Assembly (NCBI RefSeq): GCF_001194135.2
Contig: NC_068987.1
Span: forward strand, 95,277,977 to 95,323,963
Source: Octopus bimaculoides
Lineage: Eukaryota
DNA: 45,987 nucleotides
Reading direction: 5' to 3'
This document shows positions 1 through 12,381 of the stretch, piece after piece. The position numbers and the translations under genes are program-made. Position 1 is the first letter of the stretch, and each line of letters begins with the position of its first letter. The notes under the pieces were generated by a model, which saw only the letters and a list, made by a program, of their open reading frames with translations, was not told the DNA's origin and did not search any database.

Positions 1-53
<53 letters not shown>
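1..53. repeat. (AC)n microsatellite
   Basis: Perfect AC run at the window start. Confidence 0.98.
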
Positions 54-56
<3 letters not shown>

Positions 57-123
57 TTTTTTAAGACTGAACTCGATGTAGATAAAGCTATAAATAAAAG
101 TCGGAAAGATACGCAATGATGCG

Positions 124-325
124 AGTAAGAATCTTGAAAAGTACATGGAACAAATAGGGGATGCAACAAAGATGGAGCACTTGCAGAAAACAGCACTGCT
201 TGGAACTGCTCGAATACTCCGGAAGGTACTCGAAAAATAAGAGGTGTTACCTTAGTTCACTAGAAGTGAACAGCTGCACCCAGGTGCATCTCCATCGTTA
301 GAAGCTGTGCAAAAACAATAATAAT
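124..325 (+). mobile_element. 3' end of an RLE-type (R4/Dong-like) non-LTR retrotransposon: ORF C-terminus, 3' UTR and short AAT tail
   Basis: 124-240 reads SKNLEKYMEQIGDATKMEHLQKTALLGTARILRKVLEK*. LQKxALLGTAxILRKxL is the typical C-terminus of R4/Dong-like ORFs. About 70 bp of UTR follows, ending in AACAATAATAAT. Confidence 0.8.
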
Positions 326-462
326 GTGGTACTTAATTTGTTGACACCGAAAGGACAGAAGGTAAAGTCGACCTCGACGGAATTAGAACCTAAAACGGAA
401 GACCGGCGAAATGCCGCTCAGCATTTCGCCCGGCGTACCAACGATTCTGACAGCTCCTCGCT

Positions 463-463
<1 letters not shown>
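326..463 (-). mobile_element. tRNA-derived SINE family A, 5' half
   Basis: The reverse complement matches the other family-A copies in the window (AAAGTCGACCTCG..GAATT.GAAC..GAAAT.CCGCT.AGCATTTCGCCCGGCGT..ACGATTCTG.CAGCTC). Confidence 0.85.
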
Positions 464-538
<75 letters not shown>

Positions 539-572
539 TGATGATGATAATAATAATAATAATAATAATAAT
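464..572. repeat. (AAT)n microsatellite with a short GAT interruption
   Basis: Direct reading. Confidence 0.98.
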
Positions 573-1097
573 AGTTGGTATAAACACACGCCAGAAAAGG
601 TCACAGAAAACGAGAAAGCAACCATACTCTTGGATATGCCAATACACACAGATAGAGAAATTAAGGCAAATAGACCAGATATAGTTATCAAAGATCATGA
701 AGAAAAAAAAATGCTTTCTAATTGATGTATCAATACCAGCAGATGACAACGTTTCCCTAAAAGAAATGGAAAAACTTTCAAAATACAAAGACTTGGAAAT
801 AGAGATAACTCGAATGTGGAATCTAAAAACAGAAACAATTCCTTAGGTATAATAAAAAATATTCAGACAAATACATAACAAAAACATCAGGACTTACAAA
901 TATATATAACATACAGAAAATTGCACTACTGGGTACTGCACACATCCTACGCAAAACACTTTCAATACAGTAAACATAAGAGCACCACAGCAATCCACAG
1001 CACATACCCAAGGCGCACAGAGCTGCGCTCGGTAGTGAAGTGAAAGCACGTTATAAAAATAAAACTACTGAACAATAATAATAATAATAATAATAAT
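573..1097 (+). mobile_element. 5'-truncated R4/Dong-like LINE: restriction-like endonuclease domain, 3' UTR and (AAT)n tail
   Basis: Reads [46 protein letters not shown], then after a frameshift [44 protein letters not shown], then after a small deletion LGIIKK..IQKIALLGTAHILRKTLSIQ* (TAA at 971-973). RPD..D..IP..K..KY is the PD-(D/E)xK RLE motif. Confidence 0.92.
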
Positions 1098-4000
1098 ATC
1101 AACTACTACAACAACAATAGTGATAAATATGATGATGGTGATAATAATTGCGTGTTCTTTTTCTTTGAAAATTTTTTTCCCATCCCCTTTCATATTTCTT
1201 TCAGATTGAACATATGCATAAAATATCACAAAGCAAGTAAATTAGGGAGCCTAATATTTGTAAGAAAATGTGTTAGTGTTGGATACGGAATGGCTGACAT
1301 GAATTTATATTTGTATCACTGGAAATTTTATGAAAAATTTGAAAAATATTTTATTTTGCAAATAATGAATAGCACGTAAATCAGCTGCCATTATAACCGC
1401 AAAACAGTTTGGTGAGAAGCAGACGTACATACTTTTGTGTGAAATGAAAGTGAACTTGATTGACTTGTTGACAATAATGATAATGTTCTTGGTTGCATAC
1501 CAAGCGGGATGTAAGCTGAAGTTTTACCCATCTAACAGTAGATTCGGTATAAGATTATTAATATTTGCTTGTTATTAATGTTTAATTCTTTTAGCACATC
1601 AACAGACATTTGCGCATATTCTCATAAATATTATCATAAACATTGTTACACACACACAAACACACACACACACACTCACACACACACATACATACATACA
1701 CACACACATACATACACACGCACACATTATGAATTTTTTCGCTGGGATATGAAATACGCAATATATAGTGATACTCCGACATAAATGAATCGAGCCTAGT
1801 TTGTGGTTAACAAACTTCCACCTTCATACTCTAGAATCATTTATTTTGTTGCAGTTTAAAATAGTTTTATGCAATTTAGAAGTATCTAGGCTAGGTTAAT
1901 ATTTTGTTATAATTCTTCTTGAAGTATGAACGAAATATAGGGTTATCATGTTGCTCCCCCTATTTGCAGTGTTAACCTCAACAATAATATTTTACTAAAT
2001 ATATGCATGCGATCAAAGTTTGACCTTTGAGACACAAACTATGACGAGCTCAAGGAACTATACGTAATTCACCTCACATTTTTAAAAAGGGCAAATTTTC
2101 AGTGAAATTATGTGTGATGTGTTCATTTTTAAAACTGGAATTTATTTGAAATAAATTTGTGATGTAACAAATTTGAAATTACCAAATTCAATCTTTTGAT
2201 ATGTATCTAAAAGATTGATATTCAACGTTATTTCCGAACAATGAGTCTGCAACAGGTGTAATGTAGAAACCTAGTTACTAAAGAAGTATCCTCCGAGGAA
2301 TCTAAAACAGAAAACGTGTAAATAGAAATTTTATCTCCTGATACACAGGGGAGTTGTTTGAGAAGAAAAAGCTGTTCAAATACAATAAATGTAAGTCATC
2401 AGAAAAACTATCTGCCTCAAATTTAGAACAAGATGTGATCAGGTGTGAAAGTATGTAATGAAACCAATGAAGGCAAGTGATGGAGCAAAGAAATTACTAT
2501 TGATATTTAGTTAGAATAAGAATGAAATGGCTTCAGAAGGCTATGTTCTTAATTGCAAATTAAACATGTCGTTATTTTCACATGAGGATGATGAATGTAT
2601 TTAATCTTAGGGAATTGGAATAGTGTGAAGCAAGAAAGCATGATTGATATGATGTCCCTCCTGCAGGGCATAGAATATTTTCTGAAATAGAACTAGTAAC
2701 CAGTAACAATATTTGTACGACCATCAGTTACTTTTACTTTATTAGTGATCATGTGTAAAGTTGGTCTTTCAACTCTGCTGCTACTTCATGACCAATGTCT
2801 TTCAATAACAGATATTAACAAATACTTAGATTTTCTGATAGTTTGTTTATTGTTGCCTCACTTGAAGGACGATGGTCTATAACATTGCCTTAAAGACATA
2901 GTTGCTAAACTATCATATTGCCGTAATATTAGTAATGGAAAAGAAATGGACATAGTCGTTGAAAGCCTTGAAAGGTTTCAGTATTTATTTTCTATGTCGC
3001 TGGAAGAAAGAAAAAAGAAATCGTGTTTCTGTGAATATGAATTTTGAATGTAAAATGGCCTAACAATTTGGAATGACAATTCGTTGCACAATCAAACCAA
3101 AATAACTCTATTTTGACTCCTTGCATAACAATTAGTTTTCGTATTTTGAGATTGAAAAGGGGGAGAGAAATGGAGATGGAGAGAAAGGGGGAGGGGGAAT
3201 TCGGTTGCATGGGTGCACGTTCTGGATAATACTTTGATTTTAAGAATTTGCAAGAATGAAACGAAAAATAAGTACGAATTGGTACAGATTTTATTATACA
3301 CCGTTCTGATGGCATTAATAGTGATGTGGATAACTGAACAAAGAAAGACTGTCCAATATTACTAATGAAAGAAATCTGGACGGGTGGCCTTCATAATGGA
3401 TTCAGTCAGTAGTTGGATCCGTTTTACACTTAATCGGAACTTTTCAGTAAATCTCTACATGCCATCAATGTTCAGGTACTGAGTAAGTGTGTTCAGAACT
3501 GTTTAGTTGCTTTGTGTGCATTTGACAAGCCTTGGTAAAGCAATTTCATAACTTTAGCGTTTATTCCGGTCGGTGGTGACTCAAGTAGCACAAAGAAAAT
3601 ATACGCTACATGACTTCAAAATATAAATGCACGATCTGATTACTGCAGCTCTTTGCCCTAGCGATACAGCCAGCTATCCTTTTACTAATGGAAATGGTAT
3701 TAATTAGGAGAACAGTGCGAATTTATCTTATAATTTTAATTGCTCTTAATTTCCAAATTCAAATCTCTGGGCATCTTGAGTTATTTTGCTCAGCTAATTT
3801 GTATTTAATCTGCATGTGTGTGCGCGCGCGTGTCTCTGAACATTTTAACTCAACCACATTTTTATCAAAAAACTTTGGATGATCCGCATTGGTGGCAAAA
3901 TAATTTTGCCCATCTCACAAATCATAGAGATGCAAAATCAAATATTTTAAACTACTTCTATATAAAACTAGACATTTTCGCATCAACTATTACAAAAGTT

Positions 4001-4477
4001 AAAACTAATTTTTATTATTATTTTATTGGTGTCGACGCTTTTCATTGCGGTATTATCATTATCACTTTTCTTTCATTTTAATGGTTTAATAAGTTGATAT
4101 TAATGTATTTTTTGCTATCATCTTTATATTGTTTATTCTCATGGACCATTTTGGCTGTTGTTTTCTTACTCATTTTTCATTATTCCCATTCTGTACGTCT
4201 ATAAATTAATTCTGCAGAGAGTGGTGTCATGTGTTGATATATCTGATTTATTCTGTGGAATTATTATTTAAATGGCAGCTCGAAATTGTCTTCAATTTAG
4301 ATTTGATACAATGTAGTGTTTCCTGACAATGTAGTGTTTCCTGACAAAAGAAACAATATACTCGACACAATGTATCATCTTCTTTCCGTTAACAAACTCT
4401 AATACATCAATGCACACACAATCATATAAGATGGATGTCTGTATGTGTATGTCTTTCATTACTTTTATTTATTTTAT

Positions 4478-4632
4478 TTGCTTCAGTCGTAGGATTGCAG
4501 CCATGCTAGGGCAGCATATTGAAGGGTTTTAGTCGAACGAATAAACTTCAGTAATTTTTTTTAAAAACCTGATACTTAATCTGTTAGTTCCTTTTGCCGA
4601 ACCACCGTTAGTGGGATGTAAAGAAACCAATC
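4478..4632 (+). mobile_element. SINE-like repeat family B, degenerate
   Basis: TTGCTTCAGTC..TTGCAGCCATGCTAGGGCA..TTTAGTCGAAC..TTTTGCCGAACC matches the copies at 10.8, 19.8 and 40.3 kb. Confidence 0.7.
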
Positions 4633-5265
4633 GATACACTGTAATAGTAAAGTCAAACCAAACGGTGATGTTTTGAAATAATTTAATACATACTTTTCAG
4701 CTCCGCATAATAGCATAATATATAATAGGAAATGTATCCATTACGTAAGATCTTCCTTAGTTAAAACATCTCAGAATATGAAGCAGTTGAGGGAAATATT
4801 TCAAAATTTATGGTAAAAGCAGTGAGTTGGCTGCTACGTCAGGAGGATGTATATAGAGGGAGGGGAAGGAAGAGGATAAAAGGAGTGAGAGAGTAGGAAC
4901 GACAGAGAAAAGGAGAGAAAGAGGATATATAAAGTGAGGATGAGTAAGACTGGAAGTTGTACGAGTAAATAATATTGAAATGAAATGGAATTGTGAATCT
5001 GCGTGATTCCATTGAAAATCAAATGAAAGGAAGAAAAAGTAGCTAATTAAAAAAATTAAGAATTTGGGAGACATAAAGATGAGGGAATGAACCAGTTGTT
5101 AGGGTCAAGAGTTTTAGCTGGAAATGTAACTGGTGGTGTATGGCCTTGAACAAACAATTGGTGTCAAGGTGTGTGGGACTAAATAGTAATAATACTAATA
5201 GTGATACTAAAATGATAACAATGAAGTAGGAGGATGAAAAGAACAATGTCAATAATAATAATAAT

Positions 5266-5380
5266 AATCCTTTCTACTATAGGCACGTGGTGTGGGTTTT
5301 GTGGGGAGGGGTACAGTCTAACGCATCGACCCCAGTACTCAACTGGTACTTAATTTATCGATCCGGAAAGGATGAGTAAA
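5266..5380 (-). mobile_element. SINE family A, 3' half, flanked by (AAT)n
   Basis: ATCCTTTCTACTATAGGCAC...CATCGACCCCAGT..AACTGGTACTTAATTTATCGA matches the family-A tail. Confidence 0.8.
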
Positions 5381-5425
5381 ATAATAATAATAATAATAAT
5401 AATAATACCAGTAGTACAGGTAGAT

Positions 5426-5472
<47 letters not shown>

Positions 5473-5548
5473 NNNNNNNNNNNNNNNNNNNNNNNNNNNN
5501 NNNNNNNNNNNNNNNNNNNNNNNNNNNNNNNNNNNNNNNNNNNNNNNN

Positions 5549-5606
<58 letters not shown>

Positions 5607-5742
5607 CAAACTTCGTAAGCGTCAAATGCGGTTGGTATTTTGCAGACAAGAAAGTATATTTCGAACGTAGTAAAGCTGAAAGGACAGCAGAGAAAGATTG
5701 GGTATTTATCCTTATAAGACGTAAAAAAAAAACAATTGCCCG

Positions 5743-5815
5743 TGGGCGGCAAACAGACTCGAACCCATACCTCCCAAATACCGACTGAGTACTCTACCAT
5801 TAAGCTAAACGGTTC
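5743..5815 (-). mobile_element. tRNA-like sequence (SINE head or tRNA pseudogene)
   Basis: The reverse complement contains an A-box-like TAGCTTAATGGTAGAG, an anticodon-like arm CTCAG-TCGGTAT-TTGGG and a B-box GGTTCGAGTC. The acceptor stem is poor. Confidence 0.6.
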
Positions 5816-5829
5816 ACTGACAGCAAAAC

Positions 5830-6230
5830 TGTCAAAGCTACTTTATAGCAATGTCAATGGGACAACATTTTATAAACAAACTTTATAAACGTCGAATTTT
5901 ACTTTCTTCTCTGCAAAATACGAATCACATTCGACGCATCCAAAATATCTGATTTTATTTGTGCGTCTTATAAATATCTTCGTATTTTTATGTTTGATGA
6001 GAAAGTGATTACCTAAAAAAAAAATTAGTATCGTCTGTTAATATGTGTCCGAACATTTATGGTAAAGAGTGGGGCAAACCATAGAATATTGCAGTACCTA
6101 CTCTGACGACTTGATGGTTGAGGAGGTGGAGGGTTATAAAAAATTCATCAGTGAAGCCGCTATCCTGTAAAGCTTTATTATAAAATAGAAGAGTCTTTTG
6201 AAATATTTCTCTAGATGAAGAAAGACATTT
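5830..6230 (-). mobile_element. Penelope-like element relic (RT thumb and linker toward GIY-YIG)
   Basis: The minus strand gives CLSSSREIFQKTLLFYNKALQDSGFTDEF, then RYCNILWFAPLFTINVRTHI (compare the Penelope R.IIWFNPP.S.NV.TNIG motif). It carries stops and frameshifts. Confidence 0.75.
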
Positions 6231-6599
6231 GATATGTATATGTATGTATATACGTACATACAAGTATATGGATATACATGCACACATGTTCATATACTCA
6301 TATGCGTGAGTGTGTGGGTGCGCACGCGCGTATGCATGTGTGTGTGTACATATGTGTTTGGGCGTATGCATATGTATTTGCTTGTTTAATTTTGAGTGTA
6401 AATAAATGCGTATGTACCTTGATTCTGTTGTGATTGTTTGCCGAATTGCTACTGTATGCTAAAAATATATTTAGTATTTTATTACTGTGATTTTTAAAAT
6501 AAGATCTTTTCTGGAACGAGTTACAGAATATGGAATGTTAATGTATCTCTAATCTACAAATAATATACTGTATCTGAATTCAGGCATTTGAGTAGTCAT

Positions 6600-6830
6600 C
6601 CACCTGGCTTGGGTTCTTAAAAAACCTGGAATTTAACTGATTATTATCAAATAAATAGAGCAGACAAAATAACAGCGGAGAAAGGAGAAGGACGAACGAG
6701 CCTAAAAACTGAAAATAAATGGTCTTAGTATGAACAGCTGTTATATATTTTGTGAAGTTCATGGCAATATTTCCTAAATCATCATTTAACATTTGCCGAT
6801 TTGCCGTCTCATCTGTGAAGGTTTTGAAAG
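6600..6830 (-). mobile_element. Penelope-like RT fragment, probably the same element as 5830-6230
   Basis: DDLGNIAMNFTKYITAVHTKTI...LFDNNQL..FKNP resembles the Penelope RT region before the FDVTMG motif. Confidence 0.45.
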
Positions 6831-7333
6831 TCAGTGTCTCAGATTACACAATTTGTTTATAAGTATTGTTATAGTATGTTGTTAGAGAGAGTATGTGTGC
6901 CCCGCCGGTTTTGGCATGAACGAGCGATTCTACGTGGTCACGAATATGTATGTATGTATGTATATATATATATATATATATATATNNNNNNNNNNNNNNN
7001 NNNNNNNNNNNNNNNNNNNNNNNNNNNNNNNNNNNNNNNNNNNNNNNNNNNNNNNNNNNNNNNNNNNNNNNNNNNNNNNNNNNNNNNNNNNNNNNNNNNN
7101 NNNNNNNNNNNNNNNNNNNNNNNNNNNNNNNNNNNNNNNNNNNNNNNNNNNNNNNNNNNNNNNNNNNNNNNNNNNNNNNNNNNNNNNNNNNNNNNNNNNN
7201 NNNNNNNNNNNNNNNNNNNNNNNNNNNNNNNNNNNNNNNNNNNNNNNNNNNNNNNNNNNNNNNNNNNNNNNNNNNNNNNNNNNNNNNNNNNNNNNNNNNN
7301 NNNNNNNNNNNNNNNNNNNNNNNNNNNNNNNNN

Positions 7334-7391
<58 letters not shown>

Positions 7392-8049
7392 GTGTAAAAC
7401 GGAACTATCCGTATGTAAGACTTGGACATTTTGGTTGTACAAAAGTCCAATAGAACTGATGTAAAAGCTAAAACAGGACAAAAGGTCAATGTGTAACGAG
7501 GGAAGATATAATGCGCGGATACAAAACCCTTAGCATGATAGTGATTTGATGAAAACTACGCCTCCAATCCATTCATAATAAATTGAACCTATTCCAAGAA
7601 GATATAGGGGATTTGAAAAGACACCTAAGATCGAAGATTTTCAATTTTGAATTCGGAAGGATACATCTTTTTGATGCATAAAAATTGTTGCCTTTTGGAT
7701 GCATGTAAGTTGCGGCAAAAGATGTTCAGATTAGTGGGTGATCGGTATAGTAGACTCAGCCCTGAAGTAACAATTCCTCCTTTAAATATGAATACCACAC
7801 ATTTATTACTTAAATTTCAATGTTTTACCACAATATGGAAGACAATTACATTTTGCAGCGTCTCCTTTTAAATGGAATCGTACATCATCGCTTGTTTTGT
7901 ATTCTTTCTGAATTAAATGTTTTAGTTTTAAATACCAAGACGTAAGCAAAGAAATCGTTCTCTTTTTATTGCTGATTCAAGATTAATCTAATCGGATTCT
8001 ATTTTAATGCATTTTATCTAATTTATTATCCCGTCATGTTTCTAAATTA

Positions 8050-8511
8050 GGCACAAGGTTAGCATCTTTTAAGGAAGTGGAATCGACCAACTGCTGCAAT
8101 GCTAGACTGGCACTACAATTTAGTGATCGAGAAAAAAGATAAATGGTTGAAGCCGGGTGTAATTTAAACTCAGAGAGTAAAGAATCCGAACAAATGAAAG
8201 CCGATATTTCTGATGAACGTCACCTTCTTATAATAATAATCCATTCTACTATAGGTACAAAGTCTGGAATTTGTGGGGAGGAGGATAGTCGATCGCATCG
8301 ATCCCACTACTTGACTGGTACTTAATTCATCGACCTTGTTAGAATGGAAGGCAAAGTTGATTCGGTGGAGTTCGAACTCAGAACGTAAAAACGGACGAAA
8401 TGACACTAAGCATTATGCCCGGTATGCATACGTTTCTGCCATATTGCCGACTTTCTTATAACAACAACAGCAATTATTATTATCATTGTTATTATTATCA
8501 TTATTATTATT

Positions 8512-8565
<54 letters not shown>

Positions 8566-9020
8566 ATTATTATTATTATTATTATCCCTTCTAATATAAG
8601 CACAAGGTCTGAAACTTTGGCAGAGAGGGTGAGTCGATTACATCGACCCCAGTATTCATTCGTACTCAATTTATCGATGAAAGGCAAGTCGACCTCAGTG
8701 GAATCTGAACTCAGAACGTAAAGACGGACGAAATACCGCCATGCATTTCGCCGGGCGTGCTACCGATTCTGCCAACTTGACGCCTTAACAACAATAATGA
8801 TAATGGTTTCAAACTTTGCCACAAAGGCAGCAATTTTTTTTTTGGTGGGGGGGGGAGATGGCCAGTCGATTACATCGATCCCAGTGTTAAACTGGCACTT
8901 AATTTATCGTCCCCGAAGGGATCAAAAGAAAGTCAACCTCGGCGGAATTTAGACTCAGAACGTAGTGATGGGCGAAATACCGCTAAGCATTTCGTCCATT
9001 CTGCCATCTTGCCGTCTTAA
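8050..9020 (-). mobile_element. Head-to-tail cluster of SINE family A: one degenerate copy (~8050-8230) and three near-full copies (~8238-8452, ~8583-8787, ~8805-9018)
   Basis: Repeated GTCGATTACATCGA.CCCAGT..GTACTTAATTTATCGA..AAAGTC.ACCTC..GGAATT.GAACTCAGAACGTA..CGAAATACCGC.A.GCATTTCG blocks, separated by AAT/AAC/GTT tracts. Confidence 0.9.
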
Positions 9021-9807
9021 AACAATAAAAATAATAATAACAATAATGTGAGTAGTGAATGAAATATAACCAAGATTACAAATACTAAAATTGAAGTCTT
9101 CTGGGGAATAAAGTCTTTTAATAAAATACATTTACGTAGATGAGAAGGGTTTTTGATCTCAGCATTTCTTTTGCATCTTAGTTTACAAACACACACACAC
9201 ACATACACACATACATACATATACACACAAGCATACATATGCACACACACACACGTGCAACCTCCACACAGTCATACAGATGTCCATATAAGTGGATTCA
9301 TGTACTTATAAATATACCTGTTTTTGTGGAAATGTGTTCTTTTAAACATTTCTCTGAATATGAAATCGATGACTTGAACTGTGTTATTTCAAGTTAAGTC
9401 GATGCAACGAATTACTTTCAGACCCAACTACATACTTGCAGTTGACCAGAATTGTACCAACGTGTAATAGCAACGTGTAATGCAGTCAGAAATTGTTTGC
9501 TTTTCAGTTCTTAACTAATGACAGCCAAGGTTCATCGTTTTGGCAGACAATCTCTGTCAACCACTTTTCAAGCCTTCAGAGAAATCTACAGAAAATAAGC
9601 CAACGTTTTAAACATATAATTCCATTTACTACCACTGCCAAAAATATTATTTAATCTCCTCCTTGTAAATATACAGGTAAAGCACCAGCGAATTTTGTTT
9701 TCGTGAGTCTCTGTGTGTGAGTGTGTTTGTGTGTATGTGTGTGTTTGCGTGTATTGTATGTGTTGTGTATGTGTTTGTGCGTGTGAGTGTATGTGCGTGT
9801 ATGTGTG

Positions 9808-9870
<63 letters not shown>

Positions 9871-9972
9871 TTTCATGTAAAGCTAGATATAAATAAATCC
9901 ATGTTACACTTTGTTAACTATATACATAAATACATATGTAGACATGTTACATGCGCACACAACATACAGAAT

Positions 9973-10063
<91 letters not shown>

Positions 10064-10329
10064 AGACGATCTTCACATCAAAGCTGCTAGCATGTGGCTC
10101 AGTCGCCATGTTTATTATCGATGCTATACACAGGGAAGAAAGCAGAGTGCCTCACATGACCTTCCCGTGATTTTGTTTAGGATTTGTTGCATCACAGAGC
10201 CCACGCACTTGGCCAGCGGCCTTCAACAGTGGTACCACTGGAATTGATGGCATGCTGGGTCTGGCTAGAGTGGTTGTAGCTGGTTGCCGGATGGCCGGAT
10301 ATCTCGGATATAACTGAGATCCGCCTTGC

Positions 10330-10790
10330 TTGCGCCATCCCGCAGAACAGTGATGAATTTTTTTTATCGGAGTTTTCTTTTCGAAGACAGTCAGGACACA
10401 TCACATCATATATATGTCGCCAACGTGCCTCTTGCGTCATCGCCACTTTGTGGAGTTGGCCTCAGGTACCAGATCATGCGGGGCCCCCACATTTCATTTC
10501 CGAGACCAGCCCAAAGCCACTCTCCTTTGCTACTCCATTGACTAAAATTTCTGAGAGACAATTAACAAGGATGGCCCAAATTGGCAGTATGTCATTGTCA
10601 AAGGAATGGACCTGGTGGAAAATAAGAGACAATAAGAGGCAGAGATGAAATATCAAGGACACAAAGAGTGACTCGCACTTCCTTTTGCCAACGCACTTCT
10701 GCTACAAATGCCCCTGGCTCTTCTATTCCACACTTGGCCTGAACAGCCATCTCAGGCACCGGCACGTTTCGCACCAATGAGGATGAAGAG
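10330..10790 (+). mobile_element. RTE-clade (BovB-like) LINE, degenerate 3' end of ORF
   Basis: Reads VELASGTRSCGAPTFHFRDQPKATLLCYSID*NF*ETINKDGPNWQYVIVKGMDLVENKRQ (compare GEL..G.R..G.P..RFKD.LK..L....W...A.DR..W), then the terminal C2H2-like FCYKCPWLFYSTLGLNSHLRHRH. Confidence 0.85.
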
Positions 10791-10809
10791 TCAGCCACAG
10801 CACTGAAGT

Positions 10810-10960
10810 GTTTAGCCAAACAAATCTCCACCAATACTTAACTTTTAAGTCTGGCATTTACTTTGATAGCTTTTTTTGCCGAACCGCTAAGTTATACGGA
10901 TATTAACGAACTATTCTCTTTGTTAAGTTGTAGGGGAAAAAACACACAGACAAATGCATA
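10810..10960 (+). mobile_element. SINE-like family B, 3' part
   Basis: TTTTTTGCCGAACCGCTAAGTTATACGGA..AAACACACAGACA, followed by a microsatellite. Confidence 0.7.
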
Positions 10961-10965
10961 CACGG

Positions 10966-11015
<50 letters not shown>

Positions 11016-11337
11016 TGTGTGTGTGTGTGTGTNNNNNNNNNNNNNNNNNNNNNNNNNNNNNNNNNNNNNNNNNNNNNNNNNNNNNNNNNNNNNNNNNNNN
11101 NNNNNNNNNNNNNNNNNNNNNNNNNNNNNNCGTGTGTGTGTGTGCACGTGTGTGTGTGTGTGTGCACGTGTGTGTGTGCACGTGTGTGTGCACGTGTGTG
11201 TGTGTGTGTGTACATACAAATAATATGGGTGGCTTATTAGCAATTTAACAACTTAAAAGCAAATTTAGAGACATTACTAAAGTGTACTAAGTAGTACCAG
11301 CATTGCTAGAAATAAGAGTCAAAACAACTCCATCGCC

Positions 11338-11410
<73 letters not shown>
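11338..11410. repeat. (GATA)n microsatellite
   Basis: Direct reading; another (GATA)n lies at about 9974-10010. Confidence 0.97.
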
Positions 11411-11459
11411 CTGTGTGTATATATATATATATATAGATAGATAGATATAGATATAGATA

Positions 11460-11647
11460 TACAGGGCAGGGAATCGTCAATTAGTAATAAAATTAATAAT
11501 TAACAATTATGCCGGGTAGTTCAGTATGAAAAAACCTTTTCAGTAAAGCCATTTATAATCATAAATATATAGGGATTAGCAGAAAACCTGCTTCTTCAAC
11601 ATACAGTATGTTGGAGAAGCAGGTTTCTGCTAATCCCTATATATTTA
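11460..11647. mobile_element. Palindromic MITE-like element, right arm running into an N gap
   Basis: Starts TA-CAGGGCAGGG directly after a TA-rich tract. 11562-11647 is a near-perfect palindrome with 43/42-bp arms and a 1-nt centre at 11605. Confidence 0.55.
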
Positions 11648-11847
11648 NNNNNNNNNNNNNNNNNNNNNNNNNNNNNNNNNNNNNNNNNNNNNNNNNNNNN
11701 NNNNNNNNNNNNNNNNNNNNNNNNNNNNNNNNNNNNNNNNNNNNNNNNNNNNNNNNNNNNNNNNNNNNNNNNNNNNNNNNNNNNNNNNNNNNNNNNNNNN
11801 NNNNNNNNNNNNNNNNNNNNNNNNNNNNNNNNNNNNNNNNNNNNNNN

Positions 11848-12083
11848 CCAGACGAGAATGTGGTGGGGTGGAGTTGTGTAGCATTGCAAATAGTTTTTGC
11901 AGCTATATCATGCTTCAGAGGCAGCTAGTTTCTCGTAGATATTTTGGGGCAACTGATGATGGTGTGAGTGTTATCTTCTACACTAGCATAACAGAGTCCA
12001 CAATTTTCATCACAACGTGGAGGTTTAGAGGCATCTTTGTCCAATGTATGTATGAATTTATGTATGTATATATATGCATATAT
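11848..12083 (-). repeat. 236-bp direct repeat copy 1; carries an RLE-LINE zinc-knuckle fragment
   Basis: Identical by eye to 12382-12617. The minus strand reads DENCGLCYASVEDNTHTIISCPKISTRN*LPLKHDIAAKTICNA, a C-x2-C-x8-H-x4-C knuckle plus an RHD-like motif as in RLE LINEs. Confidence 0.8.
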
Positions 12084-12381
12084 ACGTACAGGTATGTGCG
12101 TACCGACATCCACCTGTATGTATAGGTGCATATCTGGGTACAGGACATTGCAAACAAAACGTAGACGAGAAAACACACAAGCCACATAGAGAACATTCTA
12201 CTTCATCAGCTACCCCCGTTTTAACACCGGCGTTTCGAAGAGCTGGGCAGGACGCATCGTTAAAACGGCTCTTCCCATGGACCGCAAATTAAATTTGTAT
12301 ACACAAATAAAATCTTGCCATGGAGGAATGTAGTGGCGGACAAAAAACAAGACAGGAAAACAAACAGAAAAGGCTTTACGG
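12084..12381 (-). repeat. Interspersed-repeat segment with nested inverted repeats and hammerhead half-motifs
   Basis: Inverted pairs CCGTTTTAAC (12216-12225)/GTTAAAACGG (12259-12268) and GAAGAGC (12237-12243)/GCTCTTC (12268-12274). The minus strand contains GAAAC and CTGATGA. Confidence 0.45.

Noticed and set aside
383-788. ORFs with poly-N, poly-I or poly-L tracts
   Set aside because: These are translations of the (AAT)n microsatellite. The only real coding signal is the LINE endonuclease fragment.
4308-4347. 18-bp tandem duplication ACAATGTAGTGTTTCCTG x2
   Set aside because: An ordinary slippage duplication with no further structure.
5429-5601. Recurring (TA)n-gap-(TG)n pattern at many N runs
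   Set aside because: Expected assembly breakage at compound microsatellites, not a biological structure.
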